Shown here piece after piece: positions 23,901-38,000 of a DNA stretch of 64,000 nt (positions within the stretch are counted from its first letter, which is position 1; the number at the start of each line of letters is the position of its first letter). Position numbers and translations under genes: made by a program. The notes under the pieces were generated by a model. The model searched no databases. It was not told the origin of the DNA and saw only the letters and a program-made list of their open reading frames with translations. The stretch is from Schmidtea nova (lineage: Eukaryota): positions 333,064,001 through 333,128,000 of the forward strand of contig CM097882.1 of the NCBI GenBank assembly GCA_044892505.1, in the 5' to 3' direction.

Positions 23901-26900
23901 AATCACTTTTCATTCCAGGATAAACCATGTTTAAATATTAAGATGTATGTCGCTTACACAGGTTTTACAACACAAATTTGGGAAAATGAAATTTATATTA
24001 GAATAACCAAACCAAAAATACTACATGCTCCACTGGTTGTGATTAGAGTCGTTTTTGTAGTTATCCCATGGTCTGATTGCATATTATAAATAATTATTTA
24101 TGCATGTAGCAAGCAGTATATAAACTTTAGCTTATAGCAAATTGAATTTGGAAATGTTGTAACTTCAAAAAGTACATGATTTAGTTTATTTCTTTGTGTT
24201 ATATCTATAGATGATTAAATATTAAATTAAATATTAAATTACCACAATTCGAAAATCTATTTATATACAAATAATATTCAAACAATTTTTATAATTCATA
24301 ATATTAAAACGAATTTTAATATTATTAATTCCCATATAACATTCCCCCGTCTTATTCGGCTCTCAACTCGAAATCGTCGTATAATCGCGACTTCACATTT
24401 CTATTGTGTCTTTTCGGGTATCTTCCTGTGGTCTCTTTATTCTCTCCCGTCAACGTTGCTTCGTTAACCTCTTCCAATCTCTCCGATTCCTTTGTTCTTG
24501 ACCATATACTTGTTCCCCAAATGTCCGTCTCTATCTTTGCTATTTCTGATCTTTCTGGGATAATCTTAATCTGGTTATAATTACGCTGTATTTTCTTCCC
24601 ATCAGCCTCTTAATTTAAAAGTCCAATCAATTACTTTCTCCAGTATTTCATATGGGCCGCAATATTTCTCCCCAAATCCTTGTTTCTGAACTACTTTTAC
24701 TAATGCCGAATCTCCTATTTTGACGTCTGTATTCCATCTATTTCGATTGTAAATCTTTTCGTTATATACTCTCGCTTTATCAGTTTCCTTTTTTACTTTC
24801 TCTAATATGTTCGTTAACTCTGTTCTCAGTTTTCTCATGAATTCTACGTAGTCATGTGGTCTTATTATGTCGCTTGTTTCTTCTCTTACTTTTGGTGTTC
24901 TGCCGAACATTAATTCTATCGGTTTATATTCAGTAATTTTATGGACTGTGTTCCTTAATCCATATCCTACCGTGTGTACTGTTGAATCCTATTCCTTCGT
25001 CTTTCTGTCGAACATGGTGGCTGCCATCATACTTTTTGATGTTTGGAACATTCTTTCGATTAAGCCGTCAGATTGTGGGTAGTACGGTGATGTACAGATT
25101 TTCTTTGTTCCTATCAGACTGCACAAACCCTTAAACATATTTGACTCAAAATTCTTTCCTTGATCTGAGTGAATCCTTTCTGGTATACCGAATTTTGTGA
25201 TTCATTCTTCCCATATTGCTCTAGCCACTGTTTCGGTCGTAATTTCTGGGAGTAGTATTAGACATGGGTATTTTGTGAAGTAGTCAATTAATCCCAGAAT
25301 GTATCTATTTCCTTTTCTTGTCATTGGTAAAGGTCACGTAATGTGTATTCCCAAAATTTCTAAAGGTTTACTGCTTATAAAACTCTGTAGTGGTTCTCTT
25401 ACTCTTCCGTTTATATACTTGTGTTGACAGGCTATACATCGGTTTCCTCTATCTATAACGTTCTCGTTGATATTTGGCCAATAGTATCTTTCTTTGGCTG
25501 CTCTCGTGGTTCTTTCAATGCCGACATGTCCCAATTCCCGATGTAACTCGTCAATATATCTATTTCTTTCTTCTTCTGGTAGTATTTTCCTATGTCCTTC
25601 TGCTTTTTTAATCATAAGATTTCCTTCGCTGACATACATAAGCTCCGCTTTTCTCCATAGTTCTAAGTGTTTCCGGTTTTGTTCTTTTCTTCCTTGCTGT
25701 ATCCAATTGATTATTTGTCTAACTTCTGAATCCGTCTTCGTATTTATTTGACATATAATTCTTTCTGACTTGTTCTCTTCTATAGAATTGTTTTCTTCCT
25801 CGTAAACTTTTACATTTCGTTTCTTTCTTGGGTCCGCGTGTTTCAGTCGGCATTGTTCGCATGGTGTAATTCTTAACAATGCGTCCGCATTGCATTGGTC
25901 TTTCCCTTTTCTAAATTCCACTTTCATGTCATATATTTCTAGTTCTGCTTTCCATACACAATATTGAGAGGTGTTTGGACTACTCCAATCTAATAACCAT
26001 TTAAGTGCCGGATGATCTGTTCTTACTGTGAACTTTTTACCTACTAAATAATACTTGTATTTTAATACAAATGTGTAAATTGCCAAAGGTTTCTTGCGTG
26101 TGATAGAGTATTTCCTCTGCGTTTTCGTCATAGTTTTCGACCCATACGCAATAACTCTATCCTTCTCATCTTGGATTTGAGACAGGACGGCCCCTATTGA
26201 ATCGTTAGACGCGTCTCGTGTCTAAAACGTAGTATCCATCTGTAGTTGGTAATGCTAATATTGGCGGTGATAGTAAAGCCTGTCTTAATCTCTCGAACGA
26301 TCCTTGTCTTTCCTCCGTTCATTTAAATTTGTTTTCTGTTCGAAGCATTTCGTTTAAAGGTTCTGTCGTCTTAGCGTAGCCTTTAATGAAGTTTCTGTAA
26401 TATCCCGTCATACCTAGAAATGTCCTTAGCTCTTTCTGACACATTGGCTTCTTATATTCTCTTATCGCTTTGGTTTTGTCTGGGTCCGTCTGTACTCCTT
26501 CGTTTATAATGTGTTCCAAATATCTTACCTCGTTTTTTAGTAAGTGGCATTTCTCCGGTGATATATTTAGTCCCGCTTCTCTCATCTTCTGTAGTACTCT
26601 ATCTAATCTTTTGTTGTGTTCTTCAATTGTTTTCACGAATACCAGAATATCGTCTAAATATATCACACAGTTAGTCCAGTTCTCTCCTCTCAAGACCTCG
26701 TTCATTATTCTTTGAAATGTTGCTGATGCGGCACATAATCTGAATGGCATTCTTGTGAACTCGTATTGGCCGAATCTCGTGCTGAATGCTGTTTTCCTTA
26801 TATTCTCTTCTGCGATTGGAATTTGATAGTATCCACTGGACATATCTAATGTGGAAAAGAATTTTGTGTTTCCGATCGTATCAAAGACTTCGTTTGCTGA

Positions 26901-29900
26901 TGATATTGGAAATATTGCTCTTTCTGTTTTTGCATTTAAAGCTCTGTAGTCGATGCACATTCTCATGTCCCCATTCTTTTTTTTAATTACCACTATGGGA
27001 AAGTTCCATGGTGAATTGCTTTCTCTAATAATTCCCGCTTCTTCCAATTCTGTAATGTATCTTCTCACATCTTCCTCCAATCCCCTTGGTATCCTTCTAT
27101 GTTTGAATGCTATCGGTGTTGTTTTCCCGTTTCTATGGTGTGTTGTCCCACATTTGTCTTCCCAATATCCATTTTGTAACTACTGAATACATCTTTGTTC
27201 CGCCATAAAATTTGTGTAATCTTCTGTTTTTCTGTTATTGTTAATCTATCGTCTAGCTTGTTTATCAACCCTTTCACAATTCTGTCTATACTTCTCTTTT
27301 CTTTGTTTTGGTCGACTGTTGACAATTTCATCAACGTGTTATTTTTCTCCTCCTTGTCCGTCTATTTTTCCGCTTCTCCCAGTGTTGTTCCTGTATGTAG
27401 ACTTTTCATTTCTTCTTCCTGCATATTAATTCGGACCCAAATCAATCAATCGGAACATGTTGCTAGTCCGTCTGCTACCAGTATACCTCTTTCCTCCATC
27501 TTGCTCTTTTTTCCTGTAAATAAACAATTAGTTACGTCTTCCTTTATCCTCTCGTTCTCCTTATCTACTATCATCCCTTTGATCCAATATTCTCCCTCTC
27601 CTTGTAATGTCACATTTTCTGCTACCACTACTTTTCTCGTTTCTTCTTCCGTCCCTTTAACTAGTCTTCCCACTCCTGGACGTCTGAGAGTGGTCTTTAA
27701 CAGTTTAAAGACGATAGTATTGATGTCTTGGATAGAAATGGAATTTGAATACCCTTTACCTTGATACAGTCTTCTGCCGGTTTCATTATTACTCCCAGTT
27801 CTTTCATGCATCTGAGTCCGATATACGCATGTGGGAATACCCCATTCATTATTTCGAATTTGTGTTTGGTCGTCCTTGGACCCAAACTCAGTGATAATAC
27901 TAATTGTCCTCGGCTTTTTCCTTTACTTCCATCTGCGTACGCTACTCTAACGTTTGAATCCCTGACTTCTATTGTTGAATCTTGTTGCATTATTTTCTTT
28001 GCCAGTTCCTCGCTAATGACATTCAGATCTGCTCCCGTATCGAATAGTGCTTTAACTTCTTCTCCTTGGATTTTGCAACAAATGATTGGCTTGTTGGTTG
28101 CCCTTTCCGATCGTCTTTGCGATATTACTTTTGTGGCTTTTTTATATTTTTTCCTTTGGTTTGTCGCCATTACCTCCGATAAACTGTGCCCACTTCTCTT
28201 CCATTGTTAGCTTACTTTTCATTGTCTTCTTTTCTTTTTGTGTAATCGCTTTCATAATTCGTTCTGATTGGTCGTCTTCTTCGTATTCGCTATCTGAACT
28301 TGTCCTTTGTACGAATACTCCTTCTAATTGTCGTACTCTTCTATGATCGTCCCTCTTGTTTGGGCATTCTGTACTTATATGTCCTTTTTTATTACAATTA
28401 AAACATGTTACCTTTTCTCGATACTCTCGGCAATTGCTCGATATATGTCCTGTTTTTTTGCATCGGAAACATCTTTCGTTCTTCTTTTCTTCGCAGAAAC
28501 GTGCAATATGACCGGTTTTGCCGCAATTGTAACATTCCACTTGTTGTCCATTGTGAAATTCTTTTCTACTTCTATCTTGGTTATTCGGTTCTTTTAAATT
28601 TTTTATAATTTCCTGAAGTCTCTTAATCTCTTCTCTTAATTCTTGTAACTCCAATGTGGCATTTTTATCTACCCGCATTTGTGTACCGTTGTTGTTTCCT
28701 TTCGCTTGATTAATTCCTTTCCCGTCTCTTTATGCATTATAGCTCTCTTCTCGTAGTTGTGATAATCTGTATTATCTAATTATTTCTTTCTGGTCATCTT
28801 CTTCCTTTATTAGTTTGGCAGCTTCTTCTATGGTTTTGGGCCGCAATATTTTCAATGTATTTCTCATGATTTCACTTTTTAAGCCTTCTCTAAAGATCAT
28901 TAATTCTATTCTGTTTCGATCTTCTTTTGTGTCTTTCGTCGTTCTTTTTATCCGTCTACTGAAATCTACTATCGTCTCTCCTTCGTCCTGTTTGGTCGAT
29001 AGGAAAATTTTAACCTTCTTGACTCTTGACTCTTTTATTGGGAACATTTCTGTTAATGTTTTTGTGTACCACTCTACTGTGTTGTTTTTTTCTCCATACG
29101 TACTTTTTGATTCCACCTCGAATAAAATTTCTGGATCGAAATATCTTCTTAATAATCGAACTTTGTATGCCTCTTTCATCTCGAACATCGCCAAAAGGAT
29201 GTTATATTCTCGAGATGTGTCCTCACATCCCTTTTACACTTCTTTGTGTATAGATATAGGGATTCCTCTATCTGTTGTGCCAATAGATTTTTGACAAATG
29301 AATTGTCAAACGTAACTGTTCGTGACGCCATGTTATATTTATAGATGAATTAATCAAATTAAATAAGTAGGAATTAAATAAGTAGAAATTAGAAAATCTA
29401 TTTATATACAAATAATATTCAAACAATTTTTATAATTCATAATATTAAAACGAATTTTAATATTATTAATTCCCATATAACATTCCCCCGTCTTATTCGG
29501 CTCTCAACTCGAAATCGTCGTATAATCGCGGTATATATTAAACTTATTTACATTTGTAAGTAAAGTATTGTTCTAACCAATCGGGTAAAGTCATTATAAT
29601 TACCATAATTTCGTGATTGTAGTCCACAGAAAACCACTATTTGTGCATGTGAAAATTTAGATTATCTGCGCCATTTTATAGCTTATATGCATAAAAATCA
29701 AAAATGATAATTTGTTGAGAATAAATTTTCAATACAAGAACTTTTCTTTTTCAAAATTTTAATTAATTGTCTCATGCAAAAGTAGTGTAATTTGTTAAGA
29801 AGCTAAAAAATCATATTAAGGATTTACGTTATATTTATAACTTTCATAATTAATTTTAATCCTCTCAGCCCTGGTTTTTTTCGAAAAAAAATAATATTAT

Positions 29901-32900
29901 AAAATCTTTAGTTTCTTTAATATATTAAGATATGATCGAAAAAGCATCTTTTTTATTAATAATGAAATTGTGTGCGATACTTTTTATAAAAATTTGTGAC
30001 GAATATATTATGGATTTCCATCGAGGTTGCTTAGCTTGGCTTCCTTGAAATATGAAAGTTATGAAATATCCAGACAATAGAGGAGAGGAGCGGAACTTGC
30101 TGAAAGCCATTCACTCATGACACATGCTCGCTGTATTTCTCTAAAAATCTGTAACGATTCAAGCTAAAAATTACGTATCTTATAAGGCTTACTAAATATT
30201 TGCTTTTTCAAGATATACGCGTTGCTAACATGACGTGTCTCTATTATATGATGTATGAAATTTATTTTTACGTTGCCAGGAATGTAAGATATATTAGGTT
30301 AATGCAAAAATAATGAATATTTGTGAATATGTTAGTCTAGCAATAATAATTCTATGATAAATAACCTTTTGATTGTTTATGATAAATAATCATGTCATGG
30401 CGGACAAGGCCTAGTCGTATATATATATATATATATATATATATGGGCCGTCACTTTTGTAACCTTATATTGTAATTATCTCATAATTTAAAATCGAAAG
30501 TTGTTTGAAAGGATAACATTTGTATATTTAATAAAATAATTTTATATCTTAATGAAATCAGGAAATACTTGGTTGTTTCAAAGCTCTCAATACAGTGGGA
30601 CTACTGCACGCTCAATTCAACATCACGTCGCAAAATTTTTAATGTATATAAATTACAATTACATGTAGTATATTCATTTTTATTACTTGTTCACAGGAAA
30701 TTTAGGACAGAGCATGTGTAGTTATATCAATATGTCAATGTGATATTTCGTAAATTTGAGTTTAAATTGAATTGTAGAAAATGTAAATTAGGCTTCTTAT
30801 TGTCACAAAGTTATACCATGTTTAAACCCATTATCTACCACAATCCCCAAAAAGGGGATTTGAATATTTTTTCACTAACAATAGGATTATATTAAATAAA
30901 ATGTGTATTTTCTAAATATACATACCTTATAGTTTTCAAAATATGTTTTTTGTTTCAATTTTGCCCAACTTATAAAAATATTTAACATATAAATTTATAA
31001 CCTGTGCGGTAAAATGTTGTTTTGATTTGGCAGTTAATGAGTTAATTGAAAAAAAAACTCGATTTTTTATTCTTTATAATAGTTTTGGTTACTATTGTTC
31101 TTTACAACTCATTTTAATAAATTATTAAAAAATACCACTCAAACAACAGTCTTACTATATATTTCGAATGACTGCTATTATCAGGTATGAAATGAAAATA
31201 AAATCATTTTATTAAATTAAGTTAATTTTAGTTTTTGAATTCACGTTTTTTAATATAGTGGCCGCCGCTTATTGTAATCACTTTGGGCCAACATGAAACT
31301 GATAACATTATCCGAATAATAATAATACCCGAAAAAATGCAATTTTTTTAAAATTTTTAATTAAACATTTATCAATACATTTCATTCAGAAATCACAACA
31401 TGCATAAAAAGCTTAGAAAAAAGTTTCTCAGACATTTTGGTTTGTTGAAAAAAGTTTTAAATTTTTACAACACTCTAAATTAAACAGAGGGATGAAAGTA
31501 AATTAAGTTAATTTTAATTAATAAAGCTTCTGACAAGGATTTGATTTGTTAATTAATTTTTTTAATGAAACATTGAATTTAAAGATTTTAATTAGGTTTT
31601 AATTGCTATTTTAAATTAAAAAAGTGATAACAATAAGCGAATTTTTTAATTGATTCTGATAACAATAAGCAGAATATTTTCAGTATAAAAAGGAATATGC
31701 GGCCAGGACTTAGTGACAGTGATAACATTAGCCGAATTATAACATTAACCGTGATTATAATAAGCGGCGGCCACTGTAATTAAATTATTGCCATATTCAT
31801 TTTTTTCTTAATTTCTTAATTTATTTTTTTTAATTTTTTAATTATAATTTAATTTTTTAATATTTAATGCAAAAATAGCGTTTTTATTTCTAATTTCAGT
31901 ACATTTTTGTCAAATGAACAGTAACAAGTTATCAAATAACACTTGATAAAAAACTACTTAAATTTGTTTTTTGTTTTCTGTATTTTCTTATATACGCGTT
32001 TTTTAATTTAATGTATAATTAAATTTTATTAATTTTAAATTTAATTTTTATTTAGAATGTAAGAGATGATGGTAAACATGTTTGGAAACTGAAACATTTT
32101 TCTAAATCTACTCATTGCAGCCTTTGCCACAAAATTCTAGTAAGATTTGGTCGGCAAGGCCTCTGTTGTGTGTGTACGTATTTATTTTTATGCTTTAGAA
32201 ATTTTTAGACAATAAAATAACTCTACAATGTTGTTATTATTCAAAATAATTTAGAAATATTTTCTTTTTTTATATTACTATTTATTTGGCAATTAAATTT
32301 GTATAAAAAGTTTTTATGATCATTTAGTATTATTGAGTAAAGAGTTATAGTTTTCCACTAAAGCTTTAATAATTTAATATTAAATCAACAGAAATATTAA
32401 ACGCTTTTTAATATACACATCATTGTGCAAATATAATTATTTAATTATAATGATCTCATAAATGTGTTATGCGACAAACGTAATTCTCAAGTTAAAACTA
32501 TTTACAAACACTTATAATTCAAATATTAAAACAAAATATAGTTTATTAATTAAAATTTTGTAAATATTATCCAAAGATTTGTTCATAAAGGATATCCACA
32601 GATATCTTTCTCTTTTCCTCCACCTAATCTCTTTTGTCTGCAGTTGAACAAGGCTCCCTCTTTGCGGATGTTGTTTACAGACAACCCCTTATGTGAATGA
32701 TTATCAGTGTATCACATACGTGTGGGAATGGAAGCTAGAGTTCATTCTTTAAGATGGAGTGTGTGTTTTAGCAAGAGTGTAGTGGTGGAGTAGATTACTG
32801 CAGCCAGTCTCCTATTTCAATGGCAAGTGGCTCTAGCTCTTCAGTTGTGTATCTAACCATGACATAGTTTTCTTTATAGACCGACTGAATGAGCTTGCTG

Positions 32901-34945
32901 CAAAAGCTCAATATATGTCTGCATATATTGTGCAGTCAGCAATCTGGCCGGATGATGTAATCAATCTCACTAAATATGGCCTAGACGTATGTATTATTGC
33001 CACACATTCAAAATAATATATTCTTTAATACGTATTGTGCAAATTGCGAACAAATAAATCACCAATAAAATCCGTTTTCAATTTTAAAATATTAAACATA
33101 CTTCAATACGTCTTGTCCGCATTTGAAGACCTTCTCTTACCATTTTTGCGGTAGTTCTTTGTAGACAACCGTCATTTCAACCGAATTTCACTGATGAAAT
33201 AAAATATTTAAGTTAATTTGAACAAATATAAATAGAAAAAAAACCTAATCTTAATGTGAATTGATAAATAAATATTTTATTATTGAAATTGCATTTATGT
33301 CTGGCATGATGAATATATTAGATTGTCATTGCGCATCACAATATAAATTCGATTCTCCTAGCGTGGTTTTATATGATACAAGCACTTAAATTAAAACTAA
33401 ACTATTTATAAAATTGAGTTTAAGAGATATTATAAATTTTAATTTTTTTTGTGATTTTAAAATCTTTCTTAAAATTTTATTTTATTATCAAAATCTAAAT
33501 TTAATACTGAACTGTTTCTAGTTTGTCTGTACACTGTACACGAACGATGTGTCCAAAATGCTCCAGCCTCTTGCATTCAGACATATACAAAATCCAAAAG
33601 AAGTGATCAGGTAAATTTAATTTTTCAAATAATTTTTGTTTTTATTTGGTTTAATTGAAATACTTAATAAGCTCATTATTTTAAACTAATTCGTTGCCCA
33701 TGGCTTGAAGCTAGCTAATTATTTTTTATTATAACAGTACCAGGGGAACAGTTGAAAAAATTACTTATCATATTTCCAAAACTCATTGAAAAAATATGAT
33801 GTTTATAACTGGATTTATTCAGAAGTGTATTCATAACAGTGAAATAAAATGGATATATTATTTGTAATGAAAAATATAGAAAAGTTTTAATTATTTATAC
33901 AATTTAAATTATAATATTGAAAATAAAATGAGCTAATTTAATATAATTATTAATAATATATAGGTAAAATATACTAAATAATAGTATTAACCGATAAATA
34001 TATGACAAAATTATATATATATATATATATTTATATATTTATATATATTTTGTAAATGTATAAATGTTTGAGTATAGTAGTGTGAGGAAGATACTGAAGA
34101 ACCCGAGAGAGTCAGCCCGATTATTGTGGGGACACTCGGGGTGTATGCTATGTACCCAGGTGACTGTATGTATATTTACAAAAGAATAATGTTTAATAAA
34201 ATGACAATCTTTAATTAAAAATAACAATATATAATAAAACTTTTATTCGGTTACTCAGAAACAATGAATTATAGTTTACTTTTAATAATCTTCGATAGGA
34301 CTAATTTTTATACTTCTTCGAAATTAAGAGGGTTAAGTTGTAATCCTTTATAATAGACTTGGTGGTAGTGATTCTTTTTTGTATTTTTAATTTCTCTATT
34401 TTCTTTTAAATACTTTGACTCTGTCAACTTTTGAATTCTTATATCAACGGGGAAGATATTTGGGAAATTTTCCTTGACAATAGACTTGGTGGTGATATGA
34501 AGTAGGTAGCTCTTTTTGGTATTCTAAATTTTTCTATTTTCTTTTAAATATTGGGAAATTTTCCTTCGATAATAATAGCAATAATAATAATCTAGTAAAT
34601 ATTAAGGAAATAATTTTGATCACAACTCAGCAATTTGTAAATTGTTGTAAATATTCTTAATTTTATTATCATCATAAATTTTTTAATTGTGTTATTTGAA
34701 ATCAATTTTTCCTTAGCTTACTATAGTTTCTTACTATAGTAAGCTATTTAATTCAAATTAGAAAATTTGAATTTTAATAATAATAATAATAAAATTAAAG
34801 TTAACGTAGTTTTTAATCGCCCAGTACCCGAATAAATGGGGGGGATTTCTGTACTCCATATACCACCCAAGATCATAATAACTACACTAATAATAAAAAT
34901 ACTAATAAAAAAACATAATTATAATAAACTTTTGGGTTCACCACA

Positions 34946-35024
<79 letters not shown>

Positions 35025-38000
35025 TGTTGGACGAAAACTAAATCCAATTAATTTGGAAGCGAGAGAGAACATAGTATTTAGAAACTATGCAAGAATTTTA
35101 ATTAAATATCTGAGCGAACACCAAATAAACAAAAATAATTAGAAGCAGAGAAAAAATTAATTAAAATAAAAATAAAATTTAATTTAAACAAGATTAAGAA
35201 AATACAAACAAGAGATATTAACAAAAAATTCATTAAAGAATTAGGTAAATATAAAAATTCAAAAAATCTTATAATTAATTATCTTAATTTTGATAGTATA
35301 TAAATGTGAAAAATGTAAAATTAAATTGTAAAAATATATATCAAAATTAAAGTAGTTAAAATTTATGTATAAATACAAAACTTTTATAAAAATAAAATTT
35401 TTTTGAGTAAAGAAATATTAAATGTAAAACTATAAACTTATTTTAGTAAAAATAAAATATTTCTTTTTTAGTTATATTAAATTAAACAGAAAAAGTATTC
35501 TAGAAGCTTTTGTTTTACTGCATCAATTAAATTAAATGCTATGAAATTGTCATAAATATAGATGCCATTTTTATTATTTTTAACACTTGAGAATTGAAAA
35601 AATTTTCGCGAAGAATCAAAATTCTTCCCTGAAATTTTGAAGATACTTCTAACAAAGGACTTACATATCTCACCAGTTGAAACGAAAAATATTCGGAGGC
35701 GTATCACTGGTCAAATTTTTTGAGAGATGGCACTATTCTGATTATACAAGGTATGCCAGACTGATACTTTGCTCGTCCTGTTATTTTATTCGGTACCGAC
35801 TCTTGCCCTAGTTATTCATATTGTTTATTGCTTCATTTGTTAAATTAATAATTGTTTTTCAATGACCGATGAATTCTCAGTCAAGGAGCAAGATCACTGC
35901 ATGTATTAATATGAATTTTTGGTCTTTGTTTGTTTTTGCTATGAGTATCTCCAGCTTATTGCGATCCAGGTACGTCAGTGTCGGTTCAAGAGTTGAGAGT
36001 GGATTTTCTAAACTGTTCAACCCTATGCTGTCAACGCGACATCGAAGTCCAGCTTCATACTTACGTATATTACGTATATTACGGCCGGAGGATCATGTGC
36101 AATGTTGTTATAATAAACATTTTGCTTCCTTAAATATATTTTGTTGTTGTTTAAAGTAAATTTTCTTTAAATATCAGGAACAATTTTTCTAGATATACAC
36201 TACATAAAGATGAGAAACATTTAAAGCAAGAAATATGATAGCGAGGTATTTTTGTAGATGTTTATGTAAAAACGATGGTTGAAAATGACAAAATATCAAA
36301 GATGAAACAGCTAAGAATATTTGTTTGATATATAAATAAGTATGAAAGACAAAGTCAATCACTATTGTCTATGATTTATGAAGTTTTCGTATGAATGATT
36401 AATCGTATATGAAAGTGTTCTAGTTTTTGTAGGAAAGATAAATGAATTTATTTAAAGTTTATCGCTTGGTAGAGTCAAGCTCACTTAGAGACAGATGACG
36501 ACAAAGTTTTTTAATTCACGATATAAAACAGTGATAAATTTACAATTATAATTCATTATATTTACCATTAGTATCAATGAAGAAAACAACTCACAAATAT
36601 TTTTTGAACATTAATAAAAAAACAAAAATCCAATGTTTATGAAATAAAATTCCACTCTCGAAATTGAAGAATCTATTGTTGGGATTGTTTGAAGTTCTTA
36701 AAAGCTAAAATACAAAAATTCAATATTATATCATGATAATATAAAATTCTAACAGTTCATTCAAGCGTGCTGATATTATCAGCTAAAATATAATAGTAGA
36801 AAATCAACTTAGGCTGGTAAGATTTAGATCACTGTAGTGGTCTAGAAGGTCGATATTGAAGTTTTTCTCAAAGTATTAAAGGAACATGGTCTGCCTCAAA
36901 CTTTCACTTTATTCAGTGATATTAGATTTTCAACAGTTCATTTTAATGACGAGTTAACTCCAAAACAATCAAAGCACTAATAATTGAAGCTTCAGAATGG
37001 TTTTGAAATCATGTAGATTGAAAATCGAACTTATCATGATATATGTGCTCAATTATCTTAAAATTGAGAAATTCCAAGTCAAAACAATTTGAATAATTTA
37101 ACCATAAATGTTTTTTTCAAAATTTTATATATTTGATAACTTGGTTGTGATGTTGGCTGATTTGTCGTTTCTGAATTGTTTGAGTTATCTTTTTATTTAC
37201 TTAAAAGAATATAATATTGTGTTTGTTTTAATATTTCTTTTGGATTAAATTCTTTTCCTTGAGTTAAAAATTTGTTTGAAATACAAATTCAGATTAACTC
37301 TTGTTTTTATATTATTGGATACAATATTGATGATTTCTCTCAAAATTTATTTTAAAACAGTCAGTTTTATTTTACTCCTGTTGATTTTTGGTTCATCGAC
37401 TGGCTTGTTTATCAAACCCTATCCTAGTGTTTATACACCATGTTTGGAACATTTAATATTATGCGAGAGCGGTGGATTAGATGGAATACCAACCGACCTT
37501 CATGAAGAAACAATAAAAGTTATTTTGGTTAGACATAAATGCTCTCAAACATTTCTCAGTCGGCAAAACCTTTCCAAATTCACAAAACCAAAATATTCGT
37601 TTGAAAAGTTGTCGATACGCCGGAGTAATATTCAGATTACTCGTTTCCAAACTTTTTATGACGCGAGTGATTTGGATTTTATGGATCTATCAGAAAGTCA
37701 GAAGTGGTATATTGGTAACAGAGCTTTCGACAATTTGAAATCAAAGCACCTTGGGCTCGATTTAGTCAGTAATTTAGAATTAAGCGAAGACACACTTCAA
37801 GGGTTGTTAGTAGCATCTCTGTCAATTGAAAAAAGTCAACTCCGAGCAATTCCTTGCAGATTAATTCAACCACTGTCCCCGTGAATTGCGAGCTCTGTTT
37901 TTATCGAATAATAAATTGATGAGTTTGATCTCGAGATACGATTCGGTATTTCGACAAATAAACATTCTTGATCTCCATGGCAAACCATTCATCTGTTCAT

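Noticed and set aside
25494-29294. Long + strand ORFs over Gypsy family C, and similar antisense ORFs over families A and B and the transposases
   Set aside because: Antisense shadows of TE coding sequence with no independent motifs.
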